The translations under genes and the position numbers were made by a program. DNA of 64,000 bases, from IMG/VR virus record IMGVR_UViG_3300028873_000014, positions 36,172 through 100,171 of that record; one strand, written 5' to 3'. Below are positions 1 to 11,075 of the stretch, one piece after another. The notes beneath the pieces were generated by a model, which made no database searches, was not told the DNA's origin, and worked only from the letters and a program-made list of their open reading frames with translations. This DNA comes from a virus. How positions within the stretch are numbered: the first letter of the stretch is position 1; each line of letters opens with the position of its first letter.

Positions 1-1296
1 TATATCTGCAGCAGTTCTACCAGTTTCCCCCTGAATAGCTGCTGATGATGCTCTTGATGCTCTACTATTACCCGATAGTGCAGCATTGAAACTTTGTGAG
101 TTAGCTGCCTCACTATTAGCAGCAAGTGCCCTGGTAGGGTCAAGAAATACCGTATCGGGAGTAGTAGCACCTATAGGAGCTTCCCATGCAGGATATTTAT
201 GAATAGTAGCAAGGTTATAGATACTATTAGCAAGTGCCCATTTATCTGGTGTAGGGGAAGTAAACGGAACATCAGTTTTTCCTGCAACAGGCAAAGAACC
301 AAGGTTATTCCCCGGTACAGGAACACCCTGTATGTTTAAAGGATCAGGTACTGGATCAGTAGAGTAGTTAGGTAATTTATCCAGATACTCATTAGGTGGT
401 TTCTGCCAAGTACCTGCCCTTATACCATTCTCATTCATGCCAGATACCATATCTGTTCTTGCTCCCCAGTTACCATCATCAAACTTTCCAGCATTAGGTT
501 CTCCGGCAAGTGTAGTTGCCATTGCTACACTATTGGGTTTATTAGCCATTAACCACTGTTGGTAAGAATTAGTAGAAGGATCGGCATTTTGATCAAACCG
601 GAAAGAACCACCATCCTGTGCTATAGGTTGACTCTGTTGTGGCATACCCTGTTGAGGCATTTGTGGTACTTGACCATCTCCTTTGCCCATTTTCTCCTTC
701 ATTCCTTCCTGTACAGCCGCGAGTTGAGAAAGTTTTTGGGTATAATTATCAACCATCATCTGAGCAGTCTTCTTTTCCGTATTATCGCTATCGGGGTTAG
801 ATAAGACTTTGGTAAACTTTTGCAAATCATACTTAGTAGCTATTTGTGCAGGAGTAGCAGCTTTTGGTTGATTAAAGAACTTTAGTATCTCAGGGTCTTT
901 AATCTTTAGTGATTTGGTATCGCTGAAGATGAAGGAATTTGGAGGTACTGAAATATCTTTACCTCCTTCTGTATGAGGTGGACCATCAACATTCATAAGG
1001 GAAGGTAATCCATCTGCAGTAAAGTTACCTAGTACTTTTTCTTGTTTTTCAGCGTTCACGTTTGACATACCTGGTTCAGCTTCTGGTAATGTCTTACCTA
1101 CTCTTCCATATGGATCAGGATCAGGATTCACACCTGCCATTCCCTGATAGGTATCTGGGTTCCAGCGATTATCCAACGCTTGTGTCCCTGGAATAGCCAT
1201 CCCGTATTTTGCCATAGGGGGGTTACTACCATTATCAGGTGGAGTAATTCTTACTCTTTTATTCTGGGTAGGTGCTGTTATTCGTACTTTTGGCAT
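1..1296 (-). CDS. Virion cargo/ejection-type protein (partial, runs off left edge)
   Basis: Not in the ORF track. ATG at 1296 gives MPKVRITAPTQNKRVRIT..., and the frame appears open to base 1. Contains NAEKQE...GPPHTEGG...FIFSD, as recalled from crAss-like cargo proteins, plus an AQDGG motif. Lies downstream of the muzzle gene. Confidence 0.7.
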   Translation of the reverse strand, partial: MPKVRITAPTQNKRVRITPPDNGSNPPMAKYGMAIPGTQALDNRWNPDTYQGMAGVNPDPDPYGRVGKTLPEAEPGMSNVNAEKQEKVLGNFTADGLPSLMNVDGPPHTEGGKDISVPPNSFIFSDTKSLKIKDPEILKFFNQPKAATPAQIATKYDLQKFTKVLSNPDSDNTEKKTAQMMVDNYTQKLSQLAAVQEGMKEKMGKGDGQVPQMPQQGMPQQSQPIAQDGGSFRFDQNADPSTNSYQQWLMANKPNSVAMATTLAGEPNAGKFDDGNWGARTDMVSGMNENGIRAGTWQKPPNEYLDKLPNYSTDPVPDPLNIQGVPVPGNNLGSLPVAGKTDVPFTSPTPDKWALANSIYNLATIHKYPAWEAPIGATTPDTVFLDPTRALAANSEAANSQSFNAALSGNSRASRASSAAIQGETGRTAADI

Positions 1297-1307
1297 AAGT
1301 TTTTATT

Positions 1308-3755
1308 TTATAGGTACTCTACTTTATACCCCATTGATTTTAATCGAATTATTTCGTGATCAGGTAAGTCAACTTCTTGTGCTCCCATAGACACACCACC
1401 ACCATTTTGCATATATCCCCCATACCTACCTTGTGGGGCGTAATACATACCTGGAGCACTTGGAGTATTATCAGAAGGACGGAAAGTACCTGTATTTGGG
1501 GTGTAGTCACCTCTGTTTCCTTGGGTATTTAACCTCTGTGCCCCGAAAGTGTTATCAGATAATCCTTGGTTCTGGGTAAACTGGTGTAGCTGTCTTTGAT
1601 TCTTTTGATCATTAAAGTAGGATGCAGTTACTAAACCTGCTCCCAGTAAGTTATCAAACTCATGATTAGCAAAACCTAATCCGTTATTACCTCTATGAGA
1701 ACTTCCCCCAGGACCAGACTGTGATGTTGTCATAGGTGCATTTTGTACCATCGGTTGAGTACTAGGTGTAGTAGGAGATACCATTGGTTGATTGTTATTA
1801 TCTACCTGTGGTTCATTTGCATACGCTGCAGTTACAGGATTATTAGGGTCTGTAGCAGGGTTATATCCACCATCTTGCATGAATTTCTGTAGACCACCAT
1901 ATTCTTTTTTTGACCAAGATTTACTGTTCCTGGCAAAATTGGCCATCTGTCGTACATGTGGGTCAGAACTATGTAAAGCCTCTTCTGTAGTTTTACCTGT
2001 CCTTTTTTTATATGCAGTAAATTTACCTTTGTTCTCAGGCTTAATTTTAATACTACCACCATCTTTCATCTCTTCTGCCATACCTCCTTCCTGATAGCTC
2101 ATACCACCAGTACCATATCTGTCTACTACTCCTCCATTAGCAAGATATGCATACTCCATTGGTTCGGGCAGATAACCACCGAACTTTGACCAGGAAGTAC
2201 CATTCATAGTAGAACCTCCTTTTCTTGGTTGCCCTGGTCTTTCTTCATTCCTTGTATCATCTATAAACTGTACCCCACCACCATTTTGATAATTAGGCAT
2301 TGGGGCATAGGTATTTTGATAAGATAAATACCCCCCAAGTTCAGCACCCATCATACCGTTCTGTGTTCTCATAAACTCATGAGGACGTACTTGTGGGTTA
2401 ACATAGTTAGGGTCGTTATTAGTAGCAAAGAAAGGTCCACCGAGTTTTGCAAGACCTTGTTGCTGTCTAACAGAGTCTATGGAATAATCGGTATCTTCCC
2501 CTGTATGCCAATTATCCTGTTGGGGTCTTGACATACCTTTTGGCGTAGGAGAATACCCCGCATTAGTATTACCTGCTACAGGGGAAGGTTGTTGGTATTG
2601 AGGGGGATAGTTATTATCTCTTGGATAATATCTAAGACCTTCTTTATCACCAGCATCATACATATCCCCATAATCCTGGAAACCTTTGAGCATATTACCA
2701 AGGGCAGATACTCCACCACCCTGTTGCATCTTTTTACCAGACATGTATTTTTTCATGGTCGGATCAGTTTTAAGTTCCTGTATACGTTTATTAACCTTAT
2801 TTGCATAGTCGGGATCACCAGGATTATATCCGGCAATACCTTTCTGTTTGATATAGTCAGCAGTTAAGTCCATCAAAGGTACTTTACCTTGAGGGATTTT
2901 AGCACCTTGTGTATTACGATAAGTATCTATTAGTTGTGGGTGTTGGCGTAGGTAACTTTCTGTACTATCGGCATTTGTGATATTAGCCCCCATACCAGTA
3001 TTATCTCTTACCACATTTACCCCCGGGACACGATGATCTGCAAGGAAGAGTGTGTTATACTCAGGTTTGTACTTTTCAGCAACATTCCACCCACTCATTA
3101 CCTGATTCTGATCAGTATTATTATATCCATGTGATCCGAGAGCAGTTTCCTGTCCTGCAACACCTAACATGGTATAGGGGTCAACTCCTTTACGTTTTGC
3201 ACTTGCAACTATATCATCAAGTAATTGAGTATCTACATTAGCTCCCCGGAAGTTACCATTATTAAGTTTAATGGTATTTTCTCCAAAGTACTGCTTATTA
3301 TCTATATGATTCTGAGCCTCTGTAGATAAACTATCCTGTATAGTAGATAACCTGTTAATATTAGGGTACTTCATACCATAGTTATCCATTGGCGCAGTAG
3401 TACTATTATCCACTACTTGTTTTACCGGACCAGGTAGATATATACTAGGGGTTACACCTGAATAAGTTCCTCCTTGTTGATATCTTACAGGTATTTCTTT
3501 AACTACTTGGCCAGGAAATTTATAATCTCTTCCGGGGTACATCATAGAACTTGCTCCAGTATTATCTACCCCCAGAACAGGATGAGGTACACCTTTCATA
3601 GTAATATCTGAAGAGTTTATGTAGTTTACAGAGTTATCTTTATCAGGCGAATCGTATTTAAAGCCCTCTATGGAAAACCCTCCTGTCTTAAACTTCTTCT
3701 TCATGTTACCAAAGTTATGATTATCTAGGTGATATTTGGTTATTCGTCTTGGCAA
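1308..3755 (-). CDS. Virion cargo protein with lysozyme-like (SLT/glucosaminidase) domain and many xxxGG repeats; likely start 3704
   Basis: AKRKGVDPYTMLGVAGQETALG...YNPGDPDYANKV fits a lysozyme-fold motif. Also carries a GGSIKIKPENKGKFT...ANFARN module, ~16 xxxGG motifs and Q/P/N/G low-complexity sequence. Confidence 0.65.
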   Translation of the reverse strand: MPRRITKYHLDNHNFGNMKKKFKTGGFSIEGFKYDSPDKDNSVNYINSSDITMKGVPHPVLGVDNTGASSMMYPGRDYKFPGQVVKEIPVRYQQGGTYSGVTPSIYLPGPVKQVVDNSTTAPMDNYGMKYPNINRLSTIQDSLSTEAQNHIDNKQYFGENTIKLNNGNFRGANVDTQLLDDIVASAKRKGVDPYTMLGVAGQETALGSHGYNNTDQNQVMSGWNVAEKYKPEYNTLFLADHRVPGVNVVRDNTGMGANITNADSTESYLRQHPQLIDTYRNTQGAKIPQGKVPLMDLTADYIKQKGIAGYNPGDPDYANKVNKRIQELKTDPTMKKYMSGKKMQQGGGVSALGNMLKGFQDYGDMYDAGDKEGLRYYPRDNNYPPQYQQPSPVAGNTNAGYSPTPKGMSRPQQDNWHTGEDTDYSIDSVRQQQGLAKLGGPFFATNNDPNYVNPQVRPHEFMRTQNGMMGAELGGYLSYQNTYAPMPNYQNGGGVQFIDDTRNEERPGQPRKGGSTMNGTSWSKFGGYLPEPMEYAYLANGGVVDRYGTGGMSYQEGGMAEEMKDGGSIKIKPENKGKFTAYKKRTGKTTEEALHSSDPHVRQMANFARNSKSWSKKEYGGLQKFMQDGGYNPATDPNNPVTAAYANEPQVDNNNQPMVSPTTPSTQPMVQNAPMTTSQSGPGGSSHRGNNGLGFANHEFDNLLGAGLVTASYFNDQKNQRQLHQFTQNQGLSDNTFGAQRLNTQGNRGDYTPNTGTFRPSDNTPSAPGMYYAPQGRYGGYMQNGGGVSMGAQEVDLPDHEIIRLKSMGYKVEYL

Positions 3756-6700
3756 AAAGTATACTAATTGAGTTAATTCCCGGTAGTAACTTTCTTAAAA
3801 ATATTCTACTGTTCCTGGCCCTCATTCTCTTTCTCTGTAGTGGGGGTTTAGCAGGATCTATATATAAACTGTTTATAGAAAAGGTATATCCGTTCATATC
3901 AGTGTTGAACATATTAACAACATCAAGATCGAACTGCCCTCTATCGGCTGTCATATCATAGAAAGTGTTAAATCTCCATGTATTCTCTACCCGTGAATAA
4001 AGTATCTGTTGACCTGCAGCATCTGCAAATGGGTAACTCTGTGCCAGATAAGGGTTATCCCAGGGTCTTAAATTCAATTGCAAGAGTCCACTATTTTGTT
4101 CCCTGTTCCAGATAATCGCTTCATCTACAAAATTGTTATAGTTAAGATACTTATCTGTATTATTCTGTCGGTAGAGATAGGATTCTATGATCACTTCAAC
4201 GTTCTGTAAAGTAGTTACCGTAGGTCCGGTAGTTATAGGATATTCTATCTCAAAAGGAAACTGTTGTCCATAATAGTTACAGAACAGGTCTATCCGTTTG
4301 TTATGTCTCCATAACTCATTACCTGTACCATAAGTAGTTTCAGTAGTGAGGAAGTGGGTTTTAGCAGCTATTATTAAAGAAGGATGCCAATCATGAAAAG
4401 AGACAAACTTCTTATCTTTAGGGGAGTAACTAAGTGTCCAGGAACAGTCTATGAAATACTGTGAGTTGGTAAGTTCTATAGGTATAGGATGTGGTGCACG
4501 TACTTCTACTCCAGGTGTAAATGAAATACCACCTGAGTAATAAAACTGATCACCGATAAGAGTTATAGAACCAGGGTTTATAGCATAGAAATCTTTCTTG
4601 GTTATATATACCAGTTCATTAATATTATCATAGGTCATTTGCATACCTACCCCCGCTACAGGATTGTCATAGAGGGGGTAACTTGGAAATTGTTTGAGTA
4701 GATACGATGGCATATATAGAGAACACCAGTATTTCATACCGTCTTCTGTAATATCTATCATCGACTCACCTTTGTTATAGTAAGTTTTGTTAGGGGCGTA
4801 GTGGAGTATCTTACCAGTAGTTTGAGATACCCACATAACTCCGTAAGGGGTAGAGATGATACCGTATCTGCTTTGACAGGAACCATACTGGTAACTATCA
4901 TCCACGTTAGTAATACTCTGTAGTGCCTGATTAAATAATGATCCTGTACCTATAGTATATTCAGTACCACTTTTACTACCCATTGTCTCCACCCCGGTAA
5001 AAGATTGAGGAGCCTGATCGTCCAGGAGAATTAACGCACCTGTTTTATTAATATCCTTAATAGCTGTAACCTTAGTAGGAAAGTCCTTGTAGTTATTAGG
5101 TAAAAACATCTTCCAGTTATCCTTTCTTAGTTCTTCCTCCTGGGGCAGAGAATAAGTTATTCTTCTCGGGTAGTAGTTATAACAAGTATATGCAAGTACC
5201 GGGTTATAATCACGATCTAAGCATTTACCCCAAGACAGGAACTGATCCCAAAACTTGGAAGCAGATAATGAGTAGTCATACTTGTACAGAGTATCGCTCT
5301 TGATAATATCACTACGAAAAAGATATGCCAGTGATGTATACCCATATGGGTCATAGAACCTTTTCTCATCGACATCTTCCCAATCCCTAAATCCTACATT
5401 CACTTCACTCTCTACATAGAAATCCCTTACACCATTATTGAACAGGTAGAAATAACCATTCTTTAGCCAGAATCCTGACGCAGTACTGGGACCTACTTCA
5501 TCGAGATGCCAATTTGCACCAGCGTTATTCCAGAAATCGTAATAAACCTTGTTGTTGTTTATCCAATACCGGGGATAGGGAACATTTTCAACAGTAGTAT
5601 AATCGTATTGAAAGTCTTCATTTTCTGACACTAGCCAATCATTGAAAAACATCATTGCGTTCTTCTCTGTATACCTGGTAATGTATATATCCCCACCAAA
5701 GATTACTCCAGTAGACATTACGGAATTACTATACGTCTGCATACAGGAGATAAGTACCTGTTTGGGACTATCTACATCACCGTATTGAGCAGGTTGAGGA
5801 ATACAATAAGCACCATACCAGGAAACTATAGGTGCTGTATATGGGCCTATTATAGTTGAAGAAGCAGTTCCTGTAAATACTCTACCGTAACTATCAGCAA
5901 TACCCAGGGTATTGGGGGCCTGACCCAGAGTAAATCTACTGGCATCTGCAAAAGGTGCAGTATTGTATGGAGCAGGTAAATTAGGTAAACCATCTATGTT
6001 CATTAATACATAGTTGTTCCGGTAGAGATTATTAACATCATAGTTATTACCTACAACATCAGAGAAACTTTGAAGATGACCTCTTACATATTCGTAATTA
6101 GCCATTACTTCATAGTGTTGTCCTGTAACTACCGGAGTATCATAAAACCCATGAGAATCGTATTGCCATGCATATTGTCGTGCAGGAACTAAACCATTAA
6201 CAATGTTCAATATCTGCTGAGATATAACCTTAATTTGGATAGGTGCTAACATAGCTGTTACAGTTATTCCTACAGCAAGTCCTGCTATATAGATAGCATC
6301 TGAGGTTGCCCCTAATGATCCATCGGGAGCAACAGCATAACTTAAAGGTATTTCTATTGGTAAATCTCTGGTAGCAGCTAATTTTAAATTTGTACCACCT
6401 ACTGTACCACTATTTAGTATAAGTAATAACCCTTCTAAAATACTTATAGAATCAGCTAATACAGTTGCCATATTAGTAAGTACCTTAAACATAGGATGCT
6501 TATAACTTTCTGCAAAACTACCTACAGAAGTACCCGCAAGTGCCATGTATAGGTTTACATTACCTGTACCAAGATTAGGGTGTTGAAAAGAAGTATCAGG
6601 AGAATGAAAAGATACTAAGTTATTATAGATAGTATCAGAAGTATTCCCCCTAGTAGGATCATCTGTGTCAACCCCTCCGACAGTAGCAATAGTTTGGGAA

Positions 6701-8403
6701 GTGGTCAGATATATATCAGGGTTAAGATCATCATATCCATAGTTTTGAAAAAGCCCCAGAGAACCATCGGGGTTTGTATACCCCCGCATGTGGTTAAACA
6801 TACCTTTGGCGATAATACTTTTATTCCCATCACGTACCGCACGAAGTATCTCATATCCCTGAATATTGGGAATAACCACACCATTATTATCTACAGGAGG
6901 TTGGATATTATCAAAGTACACACCCATAACAGTAATAGTATTTACTGTACCATAACCGTTAAAATGAGATAAGATAGTACCACCAAAAGTAGCCTGGTTA
7001 GGGAATTTATGATGCATGATGGGTTGACCACAAAGGCTACCCCAAATAGTCGGCTCATTGTTAGGATAGGGAAGTACTGAGGAATACCCTGCAAATCTAC
7101 CGGAAGCAATAGTTACCCCACCATCTCCTACAGAAGGTCCTCCTAAGGATAATGTTGCGGGTGTTCCCCCAGGTAATCCCGGGATATGATAGGAAGCTGA
7201 CTTATCTCCTGTTGTATAAACCCATCTTACATAGTACGCATATACCTCATCCATAAGGTGAGACACATTCATGGGAGAGCCATTTAAACCCCCCTGATGG
7301 TAATAATCGCCAGGATATTGTACAGCTACCCAATTTGCTATTATCTGGTTGGCAAGAGGTTGATAGTTAAAATCAGGTTTTTCATAAGTACCAACCCGTA
7401 GTAAGTAGTTGGAAACATTGTATATAGCATCGCTCTTATCTATAATAGGATTAGAAATAGGTAAGATAGTAAGTGGTATATTTATAAGTTCTGGATTAAG
7501 ATTTGGTATAGATATAGTCTGTAGGGTACTATTAAATATGCCATATCTCTTAGCCTGTACCTGAAAGTTAGACATAGCAATTACTACTATTTCTATCTCG
7601 GGGAATATTATTGTAGTTTCAGTACTGATACCGGAAATATTTAAGATAAGTGACCCTGCGTTATTACTATGTGCAAAAGTAGATTGTACATTAGAAAGAG
7701 CTACAAAGTCAGTACAGGGTATACCATTAATGGCATATCTCATACATACCTGGTAAGAACCATTAGGTAGTGATCCTGCCCCAGGAGCCTTAACTATTGT
7801 TAGACAAGGTATAGTAAACTGTGGGGATAATCTAAGTTGTTCTATATCTATTAAGTTGGTATTTACACAAGTTATACAAGCTGCTATAGTAGTACAGTCT
7901 TGTACCCAGGGGTTTGGATATAGGAAAGCAGTATCTAACATTCTATCGGGGTTTAACCCCCCATCACTCCAATATACATCAAAGCCACAATCAAAGTTTC
8001 TACGGGCAGCTCCTGTAATTAAGTTAGTAGTATTAAACCCCAACCCCGGGAGACCTGATGATATGGTAGCAACATCATTGAGTAAAGTTGTATACATACC
8101 AGTACCTTCTACGTATAGTCCAATCTCTGAGTAAGTATTATTAGTAGAAAAAAGTATCCATTGATCTTGAGTAAGTAGTACAGAACCTATTAGGGTATAG
8201 GGGATAACAGTTTCCATAATATTCCCGCACTCTGTATGTACCCCACTACCCGTTTGACCATCCGGAAGTACTATTGTGGCATTTCTGGCATGAGTATAAC
8301 TATGTTGTTTCTCCTGACCATCTATGGCATCTTTATATAACCCACCAGCAAGTTGCGTAGTAGTACCCGGAATCTGTTGCTGTTGTTCTTCTTTCTCTGC
8401 CAT
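3721..8403 (-). CDS. Tail stabilisation/muzzle protein (P22 gp10-like, crAss Tstab)
   Basis: 1560 aa, beta-rich. Contains YGSCQSRYGIISTPYGVMWV and WTLSYSPKDKKFVSFHDWHP, and follows the tail tubular gene. Confidence 0.85.
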   Translation of the reverse strand: MAEKEEQQQQIPGTTTQLAGGLYKDAIDGQEKQHSYTHARNATIVLPDGQTGSGVHTECGNIMETVIPYTLIGSVLLTQDQWILFSTNNTYSEIGLYVEGTGMYTTLLNDVATISSGLPGLGFNTTNLITGAARRNFDCGFDVYWSDGGLNPDRMLDTAFLYPNPWVQDCTTIAACITCVNTNLIDIEQLRLSPQFTIPCLTIVKAPGAGSLPNGSYQVCMRYAINGIPCTDFVALSNVQSTFAHSNNAGSLILNISGISTETTIIFPEIEIVVIAMSNFQVQAKRYGIFNSTLQTISIPNLNPELINIPLTILPISNPIIDKSDAIYNVSNYLLRVGTYEKPDFNYQPLANQIIANWVAVQYPGDYYHQGGLNGSPMNVSHLMDEVYAYYVRWVYTTGDKSASYHIPGLPGGTPATLSLGGPSVGDGGVTIASGRFAGYSSVLPYPNNEPTIWGSLCGQPIMHHKFPNQATFGGTILSHFNGYGTVNTITVMGVYFDNIQPPVDNNGVVIPNIQGYEILRAVRDGNKSIIAKGMFNHMRGYTNPDGSLGLFQNYGYDDLNPDIYLTTSQTIATVGGVDTDDPTRGNTSDTIYNNLVSFHSPDTSFQHPNLGTGNVNLYMALAGTSVGSFAESYKHPMFKVLTNMATVLADSISILEGLLLILNSGTVGGTNLKLAATRDLPIEIPLSYAVAPDGSLGATSDAIYIAGLAVGITVTAMLAPIQIKVISQQILNIVNGLVPARQYAWQYDSHGFYDTPVVTGQHYEVMANYEYVRGHLQSFSDVVGNNYDVNNLYRNNYVLMNIDGLPNLPAPYNTAPFADASRFTLGQAPNTLGIADSYGRVFTGTASSTIIGPYTAPIVSWYGAYCIPQPAQYGDVDSPKQVLISCMQTYSNSVMSTGVIFGGDIYITRYTEKNAMMFFNDWLVSENEDFQYDYTTVENVPYPRYWINNNKVYYDFWNNAGANWHLDEVGPSTASGFWLKNGYFYLFNNGVRDFYVESEVNVGFRDWEDVDEKRFYDPYGYTSLAYLFRSDIIKSDTLYKYDYSLSASKFWDQFLSWGKCLDRDYNPVLAYTCYNYYPRRITYSLPQEEELRKDNWKMFLPNNYKDFPTKVTAIKDINKTGALILLDDQAPQSFTGVETMGSKSGTEYTIGTGSLFNQALQSITNVDDSYQYGSCQSRYGIISTPYGVMWVSQTTGKILHYAPNKTYYNKGESMIDITEDGMKYWCSLYMPSYLLKQFPSYPLYDNPVAGVGMQMTYDNINELVYITKKDFYAINPGSITLIGDQFYYSGGISFTPGVEVRAPHPIPIELTNSQYFIDCSWTLSYSPKDKKFVSFHDWHPSLIIAAKTHFLTTETTYGTGNELWRHNKRIDLFCNYYGQQFPFEIEYPITTGPTVTTLQNVEVIIESYLYRQNNTDKYLNYNNFVDEAIIWNREQNSGLLQLNLRPWDNPYLAQSYPFADAAGQQILYSRVENTWRFNTFYDMTADRGQFDLDVVNMFNTDMNGYTFSINSLYIDPAKPPLQRKRMRARNSRIFLRKLLPGINSISILFAKTNNQISPR

Positions 8404-9674
8404 TATAATTGATCTACTCTTATAGCATGTCCAATCCTACCATAATATCTACTTAACGGATGCCAATATTGTCGGTTGTGGTTCCTTCTGATAGTTTCAA
8501 TAGTTTTGATACAATCACGGTAATTAGGCATATTAGATATAGATAATGCCTGATACCGATACTCTTCCTTCTTATCATGTGCATACCTAACTCTTTGTCC
8601 CATATCTTCACCATTGAGATACAGGTTCTCCAGGATAACTTCCTTAATCGCCCAGGTATAGTACTGGTTGATCTCCGGATGGTCCAGGACAAGTAAGTTG
8701 CCATCATCATCTTCCATCCCCCCGAGGTAGTTGATATATACCTTAGTACATTCCATATCGGGTACTTCCAAAAAATTACCGTTTATAGAACCGTGATACC
8801 TTCCTTCGTGTCTACTATCTCTAAACTGTCCTTGTCTGGAAAAAGCATCTGCCTGAATGAATGGTTCTATGTAGAGCCTTTCAAACTGTTCATAACATCT
8901 TACCTCACTTTCACAGTATTGGAGGATCTTAATATTTATAGTATCATTACAAATAGATCGTGTCTTTCCTAGTGGGTAAGGGTTAGTAACTAACTCAGGA
9001 CAATCCCCAATATGAGTAATATTACAGATATCACAAGTTGTAGTGGGGGTAGGTGGGGAACAGGAATATGTACCGTCCGGGTTTACATAACAGCCTAATC
9101 CTTTAACTATACTATCTTTAGGACCAATTACACAGGCAATACCCGCAGGAGTAAACCCTGACATAACATTTTGTGCACAGATAGTACTTACACCAGGACT
9201 TGTAAAACATTTAATTGACCAGTTACCATTAGCATCCTGTACCCCAAGACTAGTACTGCCACTACAGGTATATGGAACACAGGTAATATTTTCAGTTAAG
9301 GTAATTGTCCAGCAAAATACAGTACCGGAAGGTGAGGGTAATGTGCCAGGACTAGTAGGAGAAGGTACTACCTGTTCTAAAAGCACATGCCCATTCCAGG
9401 GAGCATTTTGTACATGCCTGTAGTTATGACAAATTAGAGCAAGGTTCATTTGATAAAAATCAGCAGGAAGTTTTGCCTTAAAGTGATCAACCTCAAGCAT
9501 AGTTTCCTTCATGGTACGTATACGTAAACCAAGTTCCCAGTTAATCCTTTGTGCTACTTTGATAAGATTTGCAGCATCTATATCACCAGCAGAGTTAAAG
9601 GATGAGAGATCCAGTCGGACTGAATCCAGTAACTCATCGAACGTGCGGTAGCTGACTTCTTTGATAGCGGCCAT
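8403..9674 (-). CDS. Tail tubular/ring protein (crAss Ttub) with Cys/Thr-rich insertion
   Basis: KAKLPADFYQMN and VYINYLGGMEDDDGNLLVLDHP motifs; synteny directly upstream of the muzzle gene. Confidence 0.75.
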   Translation of the reverse strand: MAAIKEVSYRTFDELLDSVRLDLSSFNSAGDIDAANLIKVAQRINWELGLRIRTMKETMLEVDHFKAKLPADFYQMNLALICHNYRHVQNAPWNGHVLLEQVVPSPTSPGTLPSPSGTVFCWTITLTENITCVPYTCSGSTSLGVQDANGNWSIKCFTSPGVSTICAQNVMSGFTPAGIACVIGPKDSIVKGLGCYVNPDGTYSCSPPTPTTTCDICNITHIGDCPELVTNPYPLGKTRSICNDTINIKILQYCESEVRCYEQFERLYIEPFIQADAFSRQGQFRDSRHEGRYHGSINGNFLEVPDMECTKVYINYLGGMEDDDGNLLVLDHPEINQYYTWAIKEVILENLYLNGEDMGQRVRYAHDKKEEYRYQALSISNMPNYRDCIKTIETIRRNHNRQYWHPLSRYYGRIGHAIRVDQL

Positions 9675-9675
9675 C

Positions 9676-10353
9676 TTATCTATTAATATTTATATTATCA
9701 TGTTCCTGATCACTTGGTATGTGCTGACTAAAGCCCAGGTCTTTTAATACATTGGCTTCAATTTCACTTAATAAATGATCAGGAACATTTAGTGATTGTT
9801 GTTGTCTTGGTTTGCACTTATCATCGTAGTTACACTTAAAAATAGAGATATCTTCTTCAAACATCCCCTCTATCCGAATTGCAGGATAGTCCACATCAGG
9901 AAAGTATATGCGGTCATTAAGATACCAACAATACTTAGTCTTGTTGTACTTAAAGTTTTTCTGGTTAGAAAGAATTACATAATTATCCAGGGAAGTAAGT
10001 TGAAAGGGAGTAGAACCATCCAGGGAAGTTATCGATCTTACCATAGGTCCCCACTTACCTTCTGTAAATACAGGTATGGGCAATGTAGTCTTTCTGAAAG
10101 TCCTGTAACTCTTAACCCCTCTACAACCAGCTTCTATCCAATCACATTCCTCCAGTTGTACCCAGTCAAGTGTCTCAAAGACAGATGAAAATGCCATTAA
10201 TCTACCTTTTTCATCTAATCTCTTAATAGATAAAGAAGCATGTTTACGAAATAATGAATATAAGTATCGGTCAGTGATAAAGGCATCCTGACGGTTGGCT
10301 TTTATCAAACCCCGTAACCTGGAACAAACATCCCCAATTACCAACATGCTCAT
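9676..10353 (-). CDS. Tail ring protein (crAss conserved)
   Basis: DAFITDRYLYS and KNFKYNKTKYCWYLNDRIYFPD motifs; synteny. Confidence 0.7.
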   Translation of the reverse strand: MSMLVIGDVCSRLRGLIKANRQDAFITDRYLYSLFRKHASLSIKRLDEKGRLMAFSSVFETLDWVQLEECDWIEAGCRGVKSYRTFRKTTLPIPVFTEGKWGPMVRSITSLDGSTPFQLTSLDNYVILSNQKNFKYNKTKYCWYLNDRIYFPDVDYPAIRIEGMFEEDISIFKCNYDDKCKPRQQQSLNVPDHLLSEIEANVLKDLGFSQHIPSDQEHDNININR

Positions 10354-10356
10354 AAA

Positions 10357-11001
10357 CTAAAATTCAAACTCGTTATAATCTTCTTTAATCTTTTCCTGTA
10401 TTTTCTTACGGTAATTCTTCTTACGATAACTCTCTACTATATCTACTATCCTACGTGTAGAAGACATAAACCAATATCTTTTCCAGTCTACTTTATATAC
10501 AGCAGCTATCTTATTTTTAAGATCTCTACCCATCTCAAATGCCCAGAACTGAGCATTTTGATACATATTCTTAGTGTAGGAGAAATAGTCAGCATTCCAC
10601 TGAGCACTATAAAATATCCCTCCCCCATATCCCTCTGAGTGTGCATTTTTAAAGTGTACAAATTTACCTAGTTCGTCAGAGGTTTTAAGATCAACAGCTT
10701 TAGTCCTTTTACCAAGAGTAGCGACCATCATATTCCCCATACGTAAAGGTAAGGTTATACCATCCTTATGCTCTACCATTAATGTGCAGGTAGACTTATT
10801 AAACTCTCTAATAATACACTTAATCTCTCTGTTAGTAAATCTACTTAACGCAGGGTCTTGTTTCTTAAGCTCTTTGTAAAATTCTCCGGTTGTAACATTC
10901 ACTCCATTATGGTGACTTCTGATACTAAGTACATCATGGTACTTCTTTTCGTACCGGGGAGCTGTCTTATCTACACCTGGAAAATCTTTTAGCTCATTCA
11001 T
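10357..11001 (-). CDS. IHF/HU-like basic DNA-binding protein (crAss conserved)
   Basis: Basic protein with GITLPLRMGNMMV and VDLKTS...FKNAHSEGY; canonical position before the ring/tube genes. Confidence 0.6.
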   Translation of the reverse strand: MNELKDFPGVDKTAPRYEKKYHDVLSIRSHHNGVNVTTGEFYKELKKQDPALSRFTNREIKCIIREFNKSTCTLMVEHKDGITLPLRMGNMMVATLGKRTKAVDLKTSDELGKFVHFKNAHSEGYGGGIFYSAQWNADYFSYTKNMYQNAQFWAFEMGRDLKNKIAAVYKVDWKRYWFMSSTRRIVDIVESYRKKNYRKKIQEKIKEDYNEFEF

Positions 11002-11075
11002 ACAAGTAAAGTTATAAAACCTTGTTTACTTAGTTATAATAAACCTTATACATTAATACATCTGATACATAGCAC

